NCBI GenBank assembly: GCA_965140415.1
Contig: OZ223209.1
Span: forward strand, 96,001-160,000
Length of the DNA: 64,000 bases
Origin: Myxococcota bacterium
GTDB taxonomy: Bacteria; Myxococcota_A; SURF-8
Direction: 5' to 3'
The position numbers and the translations under genes are program-made. Positions 36,895-46,272 of the stretch are shown here, one piece after another (the stretch's first letter is position 1; every line of letters begins with the position of its first letter). A model generated the notes under the pieces. That model searched no databases, was not told the origin of the DNA, and worked only from the letters and a program-made list of their open reading frames with translations.

Positions 36895-38556
36895 TTATTG
36901 ATCGTTTGTGGAAGTCGGTTCGGCAGGTTCTTCCTCTATCACAACGTTTTCAGCGGATTCCGGAAGCTGGGCATCGGTGGCTTCGTCTTCCAGACCGCTT
37001 TCATCCGTGGTGCCATGCAGATCGATACGAGCCTGGTTAGCCACACCGGTGCGTAGATCCTTTGCAGAAACCTGAATGATTCCGTTGCTATCCAGCTCGA
37101 AATTCACTTCGATCTCCACTTCGCCGCGCTTGGCGTCGGGGTCCAATCCAGTCAATTCCAGAATACCGATAAGCTCGTTTTCTTCCTCACGAACACCCTC
37201 TCCCTGATATACGCGCAAACGCACGATTTCCTGACCGTCGTGCGAGGTGGTGAACATGCGCGTTCGTTCGGTGGGAATCGGCGTATTGCGCTCGATGATC
37301 GGCTCTACGCGTCCACCGACTGTAGCCACACCCAAAGACAAGGAAGTGACATCCAACAGCACGGCGTCCTGTACGACTTCACCCGGCTGAGCGCCACCGG
37401 ATGCGCCGCTACGGGCACGCCTGGAAAGAATCGAGCCTTGAATGGCCGCACCCAGCGCCACCACTTCCTCCGGGTTGACTCCCCAGAAGGGTTTGCGCCC
37501 GAAGTAGTCTTCGACCATCTGGCGCACCAGCGGAATGTGAGTCGTACCACCGACCAGCACGATATTCTCGATTTCGGAGGCATGCGTTTTGGCCAGTTTC
37601 AGCGCTTCGTCGCAGATCACGAAACTGCGCTGGATGATCTCCTGGGTAATGGCGTTGAAATTGCTGCGGGAAAGTCCCACGTTCAGGTCGATAACACCCT
37701 GTTCGGTAGTGATCAGCGAGGGGATCTGGATATTGACTTCCTCTTCGGTGCTCAACTGACGCTTGGCTTTTTCCGATTCGTAGCGCACCCGCAATAGGGC
37801 GATCGGATCCTGCCGCAAGTCGATGTTGTAGTGCTTGCGATAGGAATTGACGATCATACGCACGATGCGCTCGTCGATGTCATCACCGCCCAAGAAAGTA
37901 TCGCCCGCCGTCGAAATGACCTCGAAGACGTCGTCACGGATATCCAATGTCGTTACATCGAAGGTACCGCCACCGAAATCGTACACGGCGATGCGCTGGT
38001 CGAAGGACTGTCCGAAACCGTAAGCAAGCGCCGCTGCCGTCGGTTCGTTGATCACCTTCAACACATCCAGACCCGCAGCGATGCCCGCCTGTTTGGTGGC
38101 GTTGCGTTGCACGTCGTTGAAGTTGGCTGGAACCGTAATGACTGCGCGATAGACACTTTCACCCAGATATTCTTCGGCAATGGCTTTCATGCGTTTGAGA
38201 ACCAGCGAAGCGATATCCACCATGGTGAACTGCTGTCCGAAGACTTCCACCTGCACGGCGGAATTGCTTCCTTCAGTCAGCTTATAGGGTGCAAGGTTCA
38301 ATAAGGTCTGAACTTCCGAAGAAGAAAAAGGCCGTCCGATCATACGCTTGGAGGAATAAACGGTGTTGTGCGGGTTGTAGATCATCTGCTCCCGCGCTTC
38401 GTTACCTACAATGCGCCGACCATCCGGGAAAAACGAGACGATCGAAGCTTGTGTGCGTGCGCCGTCGCGGTCCGGAATCACAATCGCGTTTTCATCCTCC
38501 ACAACCGCAACACAGGAATTGGAGGTTCCCAAGTCGATGCCGAGAACACGTTCCAT
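36895..38556 (-). CDS. Hsp70/DnaK paralog (lid-less, 553 aa)
   Basis: GIDLGTSNS, TVPANF, INEPTAAALAYG, DFGGGTFD, LVGGTT, NPEEVVA.GAA. The substrate-binding beta domain is followed by a short acidic tail. Confidence 0.9.
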   Translation of the reverse strand: MERVLGIDLGTSNSCVAVVEDENAIVIPDRDGARTQASIVSFFPDGRRIVGNEAREQMIYNPHNTVYSSKRMIGRPFSSSEVQTLLNLAPYKLTEGSNSAVQVEVFGQQFTMVDIASLVLKRMKAIAEEYLGESVYRAVITVPANFNDVQRNATKQAGIAAGLDVLKVINEPTAAALAYGFGQSFDQRIAVYDFGGGTFDVTTLDIRDDVFEVISTAGDTFLGGDDIDERIVRMIVNSYRKHYNIDLRQDPIALLRVRYESEKAKRQLSTEEEVNIQIPSLITTEQGVIDLNVGLSRSNFNAITQEIIQRSFVICDEALKLAKTHASEIENIVLVGGTTHIPLVRQMVEDYFGRKPFWGVNPEEVVALGAAIQGSILSRRARSGASGGAQPGEVVQDAVLLDVTSLSLGVATVGGRVEPIIERNTPIPTERTRMFTTSHDGQEIVRLRVYQGEGVREEENELIGILELTGLDPDAKRGEVEIEVNFELDSNGIIQVSAKDLRTGVANQARIDLHGTTDESGLEDEATDAQLPESAENVVIEEEPAEPTSTNDQ

Positions 38557-38603
38557 CTTTTTCTCCTACCTATAAGCCCGTCGCCTCCAGCCGCCGATTA
38601 CGA

Positions 38604-39161
38604 TTAGACTTCCAGAATTTCTTTTTCTTTGTGATCCGTCAATTCATCGACTTTTTTGATGAACGTGTCGGTGATCTTCTGGACTTCATCCAGGGCGTGA
38701 TGCAACTCGTCTTCAGTGATGTCCTTGTTTTTTTCCGCTTTTTTCAATTTGTCGTTGAAATCGCGGCGAATGTTGCGGATGGCGACCTTGCTTTCTTCGC
38801 TCATCTTTTTCACTTTTCGCGCCAGCTCCTTGCGCCGTTCTTCGTTCAACGGAGGAATCGGCAGGCGCAGCACGTTGCCATCGGAAACCGGATTCAAGCC
38901 CAGATCCGCAGAGGCAATGGCTTTTTCCACGTTCTGTAAAATGCTTTTTTCCCAAGGCTGCACAATGATCAAACGCGCATCGGGAACACTGATAGTCGCC
39001 ACCTGATTCAACGGAGTCGGCACGTTGTAGTAATCCACGCGCACGTTTTCCAATAGCGCCGTCGAGGCTCGCCCGGTGCGTACGCGCGCCAGTTCTTTGC
39101 GATACACATCCAGACTTTTTTCCGCGCCTTCTTCCATCTCCATATAAATTTCATCTAGCAT
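38604..39161 (-). CDS. frr: Ribosome recycling factor
   Basis: RTGRAS, DLGLNP, PPLNEERRKEL, AIRNIRRD, KEKEILEV; 185 aa. Confidence 0.97.
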   Translation of the reverse strand: MLDEIYMEMEEGAEKSLDVYRKELARVRTGRASTALLENVRVDYYNVPTPLNQVATISVPDARLIIVQPWEKSILQNVEKAIASADLGLNPVSDGNVLRLPIPPLNEERRKELARKVKKMSEESKVAIRNIRRDFNDKLKKAEKNKDITEDELHHALDEVQKITDTFIKKVDELTDHKEKEILEV

Positions 39162-39337
39162 GATACTCTCCTTGCCCTGAATCCATGACTCTTGGGATCG
39201 TTTTGTTCTTCCTCAAAAATGGGAGACCTTCATTATCTCACAGCCAATAAGCCTGTCAAGCTTTCCCCCGTTGCCAACAACCGGAATCATCGCTTATTTG
39301 ACACAGGGTCAAAAACGATATTCCCCAAATTCCTCCC

Positions 39338-39967
39338 TTATTTTTGCTGTGGTTGCTTCGCCTGGGTCTTCTCCGCTTCGTTCGGGCTGCGCTCGTTCGT
39401 GAGAACTTCGTATTCTCCGTTTTCAACGGGAAAATCGATCAACAGGGTCGCCATTGTTTTTAGCATGCAGGACTGCAACTGGTTCGCCCGTTGCTGATCC
39501 ACATTGTAAACCTCACTCCCGGTTACGGTGGCCATACCGCCGATCACCTCGAATTCGAAGCGGACGACAACCTCTTCGCTTGTATTATGCTTCTTCAAAC
39601 AGGAATGAATTTTCGGTCGGATTTTCCCGAGTGCCGTGTTGATTGCGCGCACTACCGGTCCGCGCGGCATGTTTTCGATATAGCGAACATCCGTTTTGAG
39701 CGGGGCGACTTTAATGGGCTTTGCAGTGGCGGGAGGATCGGATTTCGTTCCGGTTTCCAGTGTGTCGGCATCTGTTTTTACCGGTGATGGTGCAGGTTGT
39801 GCGGCCTTGGCCGCTCGCTTGTCCTGCCAGGGTTTTGCTGCCGGAACATCGGCGGGTTGACGGCTTGAAATGACGTACCCCAACACCCCACCGGCTCCTA
39901 CGCCGACTACAAACATTAAAATCACTAGCCAGACTGGTACCGGAAGCCAATCCTTCCCGGAATTCAT
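39338..39967 (-). CDS. Membrane-anchored protein with an AgmX/PglI-C (TonB-C-like) domain
   Basis: N-terminal TM, Pro/Ala linker, 'I.SC.....VVVRFE.......LQSC......FP' pattern. Confidence 0.55.
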   Translation of the reverse strand: MNSGKDWLPVPVWLVILMFVVGVGAGGVLGYVISSRQPADVPAAKPWQDKRAAKAAQPAPSPVKTDADTLETGTKSDPPATAKPIKVAPLKTDVRYIENMPRGPVVRAINTALGKIRPKIHSCLKKHNTSEEVVVRFEFEVIGGMATVTGSEVYNVDQQRANQLQSCMLKTMATLLIDFPVENGEYEVLTNERSPNEAEKTQAKQPQQK

Positions 39968-40194
39968 AGAGTTCCTCCATCCAACCATAATCTTACACAG
40001 TTTACGTTAAGAGGACCGAAATTGGCAACTCTTTTATCTCTCTTCATGGCTAATGAAAATGAATAGTTGTAATATTATGACCTTCATCGCAAGCTTTCGT
40101 TTCCAGGCTTGACCGGATCCGTCGCTTTGCGTAGGATGCGAACATGTTCGGCGCCTCTACCCGCGCCGCTGATTGACCGAACCGTTGATAAAGA

Positions 40195-40354
40195 GGTGTA
40201 TCGCAAGATATTACGATAAACTTTGAGAAAGGGTGCCATGGGCAAAGCAATGAGAAACGGAGCTTGCCCATGTGGCTTTCGAACACGGGCAAGCCTGCGG
40301 CTTAGCCCGCGCCACCCTAAAACCACAAGGGGTTGCAATATTTTGTGATGCACC
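40195..40354. repeat. TIR-framed GGGTG-type REP doublet, family B copy 1
   Basis: Inner GGGTG(40231)...CACCC(40317). Outer 22-bp inverted repeats at 40195-40216 and 40333-40354. Confidence 0.75.
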
Positions 40355-40373
40355 GTTGCTAAGGAGTGCATTC

Positions 40374-41228
40374 ATGTCCAAGGTCATTCTTACCGCCGCC
40401 ATCTGTGGAGCCGAAGTCAGCCGTCAACAACAACCGGCCTTGCCGATAAGCGCCGAAGAACTGGCGAACGAGGCTCGCCGCTGCGTCGATGCGGGAGCCG
40501 CCATCATTCACCTGCACGTCCGCAATCCCGATGGCAGCCCCACCCAGGATGTCGAGGTTTTCCGGGCGGCTTTCAACGCGATTCAAGCCGTGTGCGACCC
40601 GATGCCCATCGTGCAGCCTTCCACCGGTGGAGCGGTCGGCATGAGTTGGCAGGAGCGCTTGCAACCGGTAACATTGCATCCGGAAATGGCGACCTTGGAC
40701 TGTGGCACCACCAATTTCGGCGATGACATTTTCGTGAACGACTGGCCGCTGATGCAGCGCTTCGCCAAGGAAATGCAGGCCAACGACGTGGTTCCCGAGC
40801 TGGAGTGCTTCGACTGCTCGCACGTCATGCTGGGGCATCGCCTCTTCGAACTGGGATTATTGAATTGCCACAAGCACTTCGACCTGGTGCTGGGCGTACC
40901 CGGAGCTTTGGACGCCAGTGCGGCTTCGCTGGTGGAAATGGTGCGCCGGGTCGGACCGGAAGCAACGTGGACTGTGGCTGCGGTGGGACGTCACCAGACG
41001 CCGATGGCGATGATGGGCCTGGCGATGGGAGGACATGTCCGGGTCGGATTCGAAGACAACATTTTCCTGAAAAAGGGAGAACTGGCGGACAGCAACGCGC
41101 GTTTCATCGAAAAGATGGTGCGGCTGGCAAAGGAAGTCGGACGCGAACCGGCCAGCCCGAATGACGCGCGTCAAATTCTCGGGATTGCCCCGGATCGGCA
41201 CGAGAAATTGACGCTTGGTGACGAGTAA
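40374..41228 (+). CDS. kce: 3-keto-5-aminohexanoate cleavage enzyme (BKACE family)
   Basis: GAAIIHLHVR, STGGAVGM, PEMATLDCGT.NFG, PELECFD, GGHVRVGFEDN. RBS AAGGAG. Confidence 0.88.
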   Translation: MSKVILTAAICGAEVSRQQQPALPISAEELANEARRCVDAGAAIIHLHVRNPDGSPTQDVEVFRAAFNAIQAVCDPMPIVQPSTGGAVGMSWQERLQPVTLHPEMATLDCGTTNFGDDIFVNDWPLMQRFAKEMQANDVVPELECFDCSHVMLGHRLFELGLLNCHKHFDLVLGVPGALDASAASLVEMVRRVGPEATWTVAAVGRHQTPMAMMGLAMGGHVRVGFEDNIFLKKGELADSNARFIEKMVRLAKEVGREPASPNDARQILGIAPDRHEKLTLGDE

Positions 41229-41241
41229 ATTTCAGTCTTTT

Positions 41242-41318
41242 CGTTGGTTCGGGGCTCCTGTCCCGAACCACAAGTTTGTCCGAAATCTTCGAAGCAGGAC
41301 GGGAGCCCTGATCAAACG
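41242..41318. repeat. REP-like doublet / hairpin between convergent genes
   Basis: CGTTGGTTCGGGGCTCCTGTCCCGAACC and an inverted related arm GCAGGACGGGAGCCCTGATCAAACG. Confidence 0.45.
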
Positions 41319-41369
41319 ACCTGGAGCCTTCCTTAAACGGAATTACACTGTATTATCAAACAGATAAAT

Positions 41370-43016
41370 CTAGAAGCGTGTCTTTACGTTTTCGTCTTCG
41401 GATAGTTTTCCCTCGTTGCGCAGCCGCGCTTCCCACCGGCGTTTCAATCGCCTGCGCAGGCCCATCCAAACAACAAAAACGGCAATCGACAGCAGGCGCC
41501 AGTCCAGCCAGTCCGGCCAGGATGTTTCCGATTCCGGGGCGGCCCAGGCGACGGCGACATGCTCTTCGCTTTTTTCCGGGGTAGACGATTGTTCGGAAAA
41601 CAGTGGAGGCAAACAGCGACCGGAGCGGCATTCCCGATCCTTGGGGCAGCGCAATTGTTTACATGGATTCGTAAGAGCGGGAGCAACCAGCGTTGCACGA
41701 ATGAAAGGCAGTACGCTGTCGCTATCGATATCGGTCACGCTGACCCCTGTGGGATAACCCCAGTAATCGTTGGATGAAAACCACACGTTAGAGGGCGTCA
41801 GGCGGCCCTGTCGAGGCGCGGGCAGCAGAGCATCGCCGCTGCGGAACAGATCCGCCGCTTCGAAGCGCCGCAGTCGATATTGCAGATCGTAGCGGCGATC
41901 CGCCTGCACGTTCATCAGAAACGGACGCCAGCGGCGGCAGTTGGGACAATCCGCCACCGTGCGATAAAAACCGTGTTCGCCCTTGGCGGGCATGCGATCC
42001 AGGTTGACGTGATACACGGCCAGGCCGGGCTGCCCGACGTGCCGGTCGTAGGGGCCGTCCGGCTGGCGATTCTCCAATAGAAAAAACTCGCGCCCCGCAC
42101 CCAGTTTATAAACCGTGCCGCTACTGGCGGGAGCGATCAAGGCCTCGCGCGTGCCGCTGACCTGTTCGACTTCCGCCCAGCCGAGTTGCATTTTGGAGAA
42201 GGCATCGAGCAAGGGAACGCTGTGCTCGGTGTAACGCCAGTTCCCGCCCATCGGAGAGAGCGCTAGTCCGTAGGTGCGCCGCCATTCATCATAGAGATCC
42301 GCCAGACCGAGCAGATGGCCGAACTCATGCACCGCCATCGGCAAAACGCGCTTTCCGCTGGAAATCGCCGCCATGGTCACGCGTACGCCGTCCAGCTTGA
42401 TTTCAAAGCGCGCATCGAACAGACCGAAGGGCAGCGCCACGCCGAACCAGCCGCCGTTGATCAAGATCACGACGCCGTCGTGGTAGCCGTCCGGTTTCCC
42501 TTGTGGTCCGTTGAGGTCGTAGCGTGTGAAATCCAGCCTGTTTTCTTTATGCGCGCGGGTGATGATCTCGCGAATCAAGGGAATCCCGCCAGCTAATGCC
42601 GTCAAGTCGCCGCGTTGCGGAGTGCAGGCCGACCCACCACCGGGAAAAGGGCAACCGGAATAGACGACCGGTTTGGTGATATCCGCTTCCACACGGAAAC
42701 GTCCACCGGAATTGACCCGCCAATAACCGGGAAAGCTGAAGCGGGAAGGGTCGCTGTCGGAGAAAAAGCGCTTGATGCGAGCGGGATCGATCGCCGCCCG
42801 GCTTTTCGCGTTGAAGGTGACAGGAATCACCAGAATGCGTGAATGTCCTAAATGAGGAACTTTGTTCGGACCGATATCGTTTGTAACGGCCAGATGATCG
42901 ATGAAGCCTGCCTGCACCTTAAATGGGAAGGACAGCGCTCCCAATAGCAGCAATAGCAGCACTGAAAGCTTGACTGGGTTTCCGTTGCTCGTTGCTCTTG
43001 ACTGCTTGTTCATCAT
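41370..43016 (-). CDS. M6-family (immune inhibitor A-like) metalloprotease with a C-terminal TM anchor
   Basis: Signal peptide, HEFGHLLGLADLY, FFLLENRQ, GLAVYHV, QAD...L, Cys knot, TM followed by RRRLKRR. Confidence 0.85.
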   Translation of the reverse strand: MMNKQSRATSNGNPVKLSVLLLLLLGALSFPFKVQAGFIDHLAVTNDIGPNKVPHLGHSRILVIPVTFNAKSRAAIDPARIKRFFSDSDPSRFSFPGYWRVNSGGRFRVEADITKPVVYSGCPFPGGGSACTPQRGDLTALAGGIPLIREIITRAHKENRLDFTRYDLNGPQGKPDGYHDGVVILINGGWFGVALPFGLFDARFEIKLDGVRVTMAAISSGKRVLPMAVHEFGHLLGLADLYDEWRRTYGLALSPMGGNWRYTEHSVPLLDAFSKMQLGWAEVEQVSGTREALIAPASSGTVYKLGAGREFFLLENRQPDGPYDRHVGQPGLAVYHVNLDRMPAKGEHGFYRTVADCPNCRRWRPFLMNVQADRRYDLQYRLRRFEAADLFRSGDALLPAPRQGRLTPSNVWFSSNDYWGYPTGVSVTDIDSDSVLPFIRATLVAPALTNPCKQLRCPKDRECRSGRCLPPLFSEQSSTPEKSEEHVAVAWAAPESETSWPDWLDWRLLSIAVFVVWMGLRRRLKRRWEARLRNEGKLSEDENVKTRF

Positions 43017-43242
43017 CTCCAGTAATTTTGCCCTTTGTCTCTCACAGCAGCTATGCATCAGCCTGCCGGTAGTCATCAGAATAGAGCCGAACTGTAGCAC
43101 GTGTATACATCTATTGAAAGGGATAACGGAAACGCTGACAGTACCTTCAAGAGCATGTCGAGTTGAACTTGACTTTTTGCATTAACTCCAAGACAATCGG
43201 TGCAACGGGCTTCACGGTAATTGAAATAGGGAGGAGACCGAC

Positions 43243-44046
43243 ATGCAGTGTGGAAATTGCGGCGCTGACGTTCCGGGAGGAGCCAGATTCTGTCCGGTGT
43301 GTGGACAGGAGCAAGTTCAAGCCGAGACTGTAGAGGATGATCGCTACGCCGGCAGTGTGACCGCCAATCCTCAACCCGCCCCGACCCAAGCAACACCAAA
43401 CACTTCTCCATTAAAAGCCCCGGATGGTCTGATCGGACGCTGCATGCGCGAAGGCTGGGAGACCTTCAAACGTCGTCCGGGTCTGCTGATCGCACAAATG
43501 ATCGTGCTGTTCATTCTCTCCGGTATCGTCAGTAAACTCAGCGAAAGCCTGTTCGGACAAAGTACCTTCGAGGGTCAACTGGTCATGAACCTCTGGAATC
43601 TGGTCGCGACGGTCATCGCCGCCGGTTGGAGTTACACCGCGTTAAAGGTGTTACGCGGAAGACAGGCGGAGTTCGGCGAACTGTTCGGCGGGTTTTCCCA
43701 TTTCTGGCCGATTGTCATCGCCAATGTGCTGACGATTATTGCGGTGGTGGTGGGGCTGGCGCTATTAGTGATTCCGGGAATCATCATAGCACTGGGGTTG
43801 AGCCAATGGATGTTACTGATCATGGATCAGAATGTGAGCGGCATGGAGGCGCTGAAAGGAAGCTGGCGCATGATGCAGGGCTACAAGTGGCCTTATTTCC
43901 TGATGGGCCTGATTTTCCTGGGCGTCAATATTCTGGGTATACTCGCATTGGGGCTTGGTCTGTTGGTTACGATTCCCTTTACCATAACCGCCTACTGCGC
44001 GTTTTACGAATACCTGCTGGAACACAATCCACCGAGTTATGACTAG
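43243..44046 (+). CDS. Zinc-ribbon + integral membrane protein (DUF975-like)
   Basis: CGNC...CPVCG, several TM segments, 'LVIPGII', 'ALKGSW.MM.G.K'. RBS GGAGGAG. Confidence 0.75.
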   Translation: MQCGNCGADVPGGARFCPVCGQEQVQAETVEDDRYAGSVTANPQPAPTQATPNTSPLKAPDGLIGRCMREGWETFKRRPGLLIAQMIVLFILSGIVSKLSESLFGQSTFEGQLVMNLWNLVATVIAAGWSYTALKVLRGRQAEFGELFGGFSHFWPIVIANVLTIIAVVVGLALLVIPGIIIALGLSQWMLLIMDQNVSGMEALKGSWRMMQGYKWPYFLMGLIFLGVNILGILALGLGLLVTIPFTITAYCAFYEYLLEHNPPSYD

Positions 44047-44351
44047 ACGGGTTATCAATCAATTCCAGCGATAGTGTTTTTTGTTTTCCGTAACGGCGGC
44101 CGTAAACCCGCCGTTTTTTTATATTTTCAGGCGAGCTCACTCGTTGGCTTACGCTTCACCACTCTATAGATAGGTAATACTCATTTCTGTCCATCGAGTA
44201 ATCACGATGTGCCATGGTCTCACGGAATGGAAATTCCGGGAGGCCGTGTGTAACCATAAGAAAACACACAGCCTTCCACGATCTTCGATCGCGTAAGACG
44301 ATGCCACACATTCTATAAATTAGTGGCTAATAATGATTAAGAACCGGCCTA
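44044..44351. repeat. Composite TIR-framed element: degenerate family A doublet + family C palindrome
   Basis: TAGACGGGTTATCAATCAATTCCAGCGAT at the left end and GTGGCTAATAATGATTAAGAACCGGCCTA at the right. 44167-44344 matches 63471-63609 apart from a 40-bp indel. Confidence 0.7.
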
Positions 44352-44403
44352 CAAAGCTTCACGCTGTTATTGGGTTACAATTTAGCCAAGAAAACCTTCA
44401 GCC

Positions 44404-45249
44404 CTAGTCTCCCGATTCTATTAATGTATGTGTAATAGAGACATATTCGGCGACGCTCAACTCCTCGGCGCGTCTCCGCTGCAAATCCGGATGCGCCGCC
44501 AGAAGCCGCTGCAAACCTTCTTCTGATAGAGGAAGGAAGTTCTGTCGTTTCAGAGAGTTGGAGATGGTCTTACGACGACTGTGAAAACAGGCTTTCACTA
44601 GTTTGATATACAAGTCGTCCGGGACATCGTCGGCAACGTCGGAGTGAAACTCGATTGTGATAAAGGTGCTGCCTACCCGAGGCGGCGGGTAGAAACACTG
44701 CGCCCCGACTTCGGCGGCGCGATACAGTTGCGCCACGCGACCGAAGAGCACCGACAACAGCGAATAGTCCGACTCGCCGACCTGCGCCAACAGTCGTTCG
44801 GCGACTTCGCGCTGTAACAGCACATGCGCCGAGTGCAAGACGCGGCGATGTTCCAGTAGCCAGAACAGAATCGGCGCAGAGATTTGATAGGGCAGGTTGC
44901 CCACCAGTTTGATCGGATGACCCGCTTCAGAGGCAAAAGAAGCCAGATCCACATCCAGAATATTCGCCTCCAGCACCTCTACGCCGCTCTCCGATGAAAA
45001 ACGATCCCGCAAGACGGGAGCCAGGTCGCGATCGCGCTCGACGGCGATCACACGACGTCCTGGTGCATGCAAGTAGTCGGTCAACGCGCCGGTGCCTGCG
45101 CCCGCTTCCACGATCAGAGTGTCACCGTCGTTCAAATCACAGGCGCGCGCCAGATTCGCCAACATATTCGGATCGATCAGGAAATTCTGACCCCAGCTTT
45201 TTTTCGGACGTACTCCGTACGCCGCGATGGTCTCTTTGACGCTGGCCAT
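44404..45249 (-). CDS. rsmA: 16S rRNA m6,2A1518/1519 dimethyltransferase
   Basis: KKSWGQNFL, EAGAGTGALT, GNLPYQIS, QREVAERL, FYPPPRV, RRKTI.NSL. Confidence 0.95.
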   Translation of the reverse strand: MASVKETIAAYGVRPKKSWGQNFLIDPNMLANLARACDLNDGDTLIVEAGAGTGALTDYLHAPGRRVIAVERDRDLAPVLRDRFSSESGVEVLEANILDVDLASFASEAGHPIKLVGNLPYQISAPILFWLLEHRRVLHSAHVLLQREVAERLLAQVGESDYSLLSVLFGRVAQLYRAAEVGAQCFYPPPRVGSTFITIEFHSDVADDVPDDLYIKLVKACFHSRRKTISNSLKRQNFLPLSEEGLQRLLAAHPDLQRRRAEELSVAEYVSITHTLIESGD

Positions 45250-46271
45250 CAGAAAATACTTTCGTGCGCGCGGGCGTTCAGGCGCAAATCGTCGCGCTCG
45301 CCACGTTTCAAGCGCTCGTAACCCACCGCCGCCACCATGGCGGCATTATCGGTACAGAGAATGGGAGGAGGCACGAATAATTCGACTCCGGCTTGCTCTG
45401 CAAGCTGTTTCGCTTTTTCCCGCAAACGGCTGTTCGCCGCGACGCCCCCGGCGATAACCCAGTGCTTTAATCCTGTTTTCTTTAGTGCTAATAAAGACTT
45501 ACGCAGAAGAGCATCCACTGCGGCTTCCTGGAAGGAAGCGCACAGATCCGGCAAGTCGTTTTCCGTAGGCGGATGTTTTTCGACATATTGGCGTACGGCG
45601 GTTTTTAGCCCGCTGAAGCTGAAATCCAACGTATCCTTGCGCGGCAGGGCGCGTGGAAAATCGATGGCCTTCGGGTTTCCCTGAGCAGCAAGTCGATCGA
45701 TGACCACACCGCCCGGATAGCCCAGACCCAGTAATTTCGCAACTTTATCGTAAGCTTCGCCCACGGCGTCGTCGCGCGTGTTGCCCAATAGCTCAAAGCG
45801 TCCCGGACCTTTGACCCGATACAAAGCCGTGTGACCGCCGGAGACGATCAATCCCAGGAAGGGGAGGGAGGGAGGCTGTTCCAACAGGCTCGGGGCCCAC
45901 AGGTGCGCTTCCAGGTGATTGACGCCCACCAGGGGAATATCCAGGCTGTATGCCAGCGCTTTGGCGCCGGAAAGTCCTACCAATAGCGCCCCGATCAGGC
46001 CGGGCGCGCGCGTCACGGCGATGGCGTCTACTTGTTCCAATGAAACCTGCGCCTGCTCCAGAGCGCGATCGACCAGGGGAAAGAGCGCCGCCAGGTGTTG
46101 CCGACTGGCAACTTCGGGCACGACACCGCCGAAACGGGCATGTTCCTTGATCTGACTGCTGATCTCGCTGGCCAACAGCTTATGGCCATCTTGCAATAGC
46201 GCCACCGCGGTTTCATCGCAGGAGCTTTCGATTCCCAACACCAGCCGGGGGGCGGCTTGCGTTTCCGACAT
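45249..46271 (-). CDS. tsaD: tRNA N6-threonylcarbamoyltransferase
   Basis: LGIESSCDET, GGVVPEVASRQH, NHLEAH, SGGHT, DDAVGEAYDK, FSFSGLKT, CTDNAAM. Confidence 0.96.
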   Translation of the reverse strand: MSETQAAPRLVLGIESSCDETAVALLQDGHKLLASEISSQIKEHARFGGVVPEVASRQHLAALFPLVDRALEQAQVSLEQVDAIAVTRAPGLIGALLVGLSGAKALAYSLDIPLVGVNHLEAHLWAPSLLEQPPSLPFLGLIVSGGHTALYRVKGPGRFELLGNTRDDAVGEAYDKVAKLLGLGYPGGVVIDRLAAQGNPKAIDFPRALPRKDTLDFSFSGLKTAVRQYVEKHPPTENDLPDLCASFQEAAVDALLRKSLLALKKTGLKHWVIAGGVAANSRLREKAKQLAEQAGVELFVPPPILCTDNAAMVAAVGYERLKRGERDDLRLNARAHESIF

Positions 46272-46272
46272 C

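Noticed and set aside
40272-40373. Extended Kce N-terminus and small ORFs at 54440-54661 and 62863-63558 with similar peptides
   Set aside because: These are translations of the family B repeat, not proteins.
9512-41228. Lysine-fermentation pathway link between kce and acetoacetate-CoA ligase
   Set aside because: Biochemically plausible, but the genes are 29 kb apart and no kamA, kamDE, kdd or kal genes are in the window.
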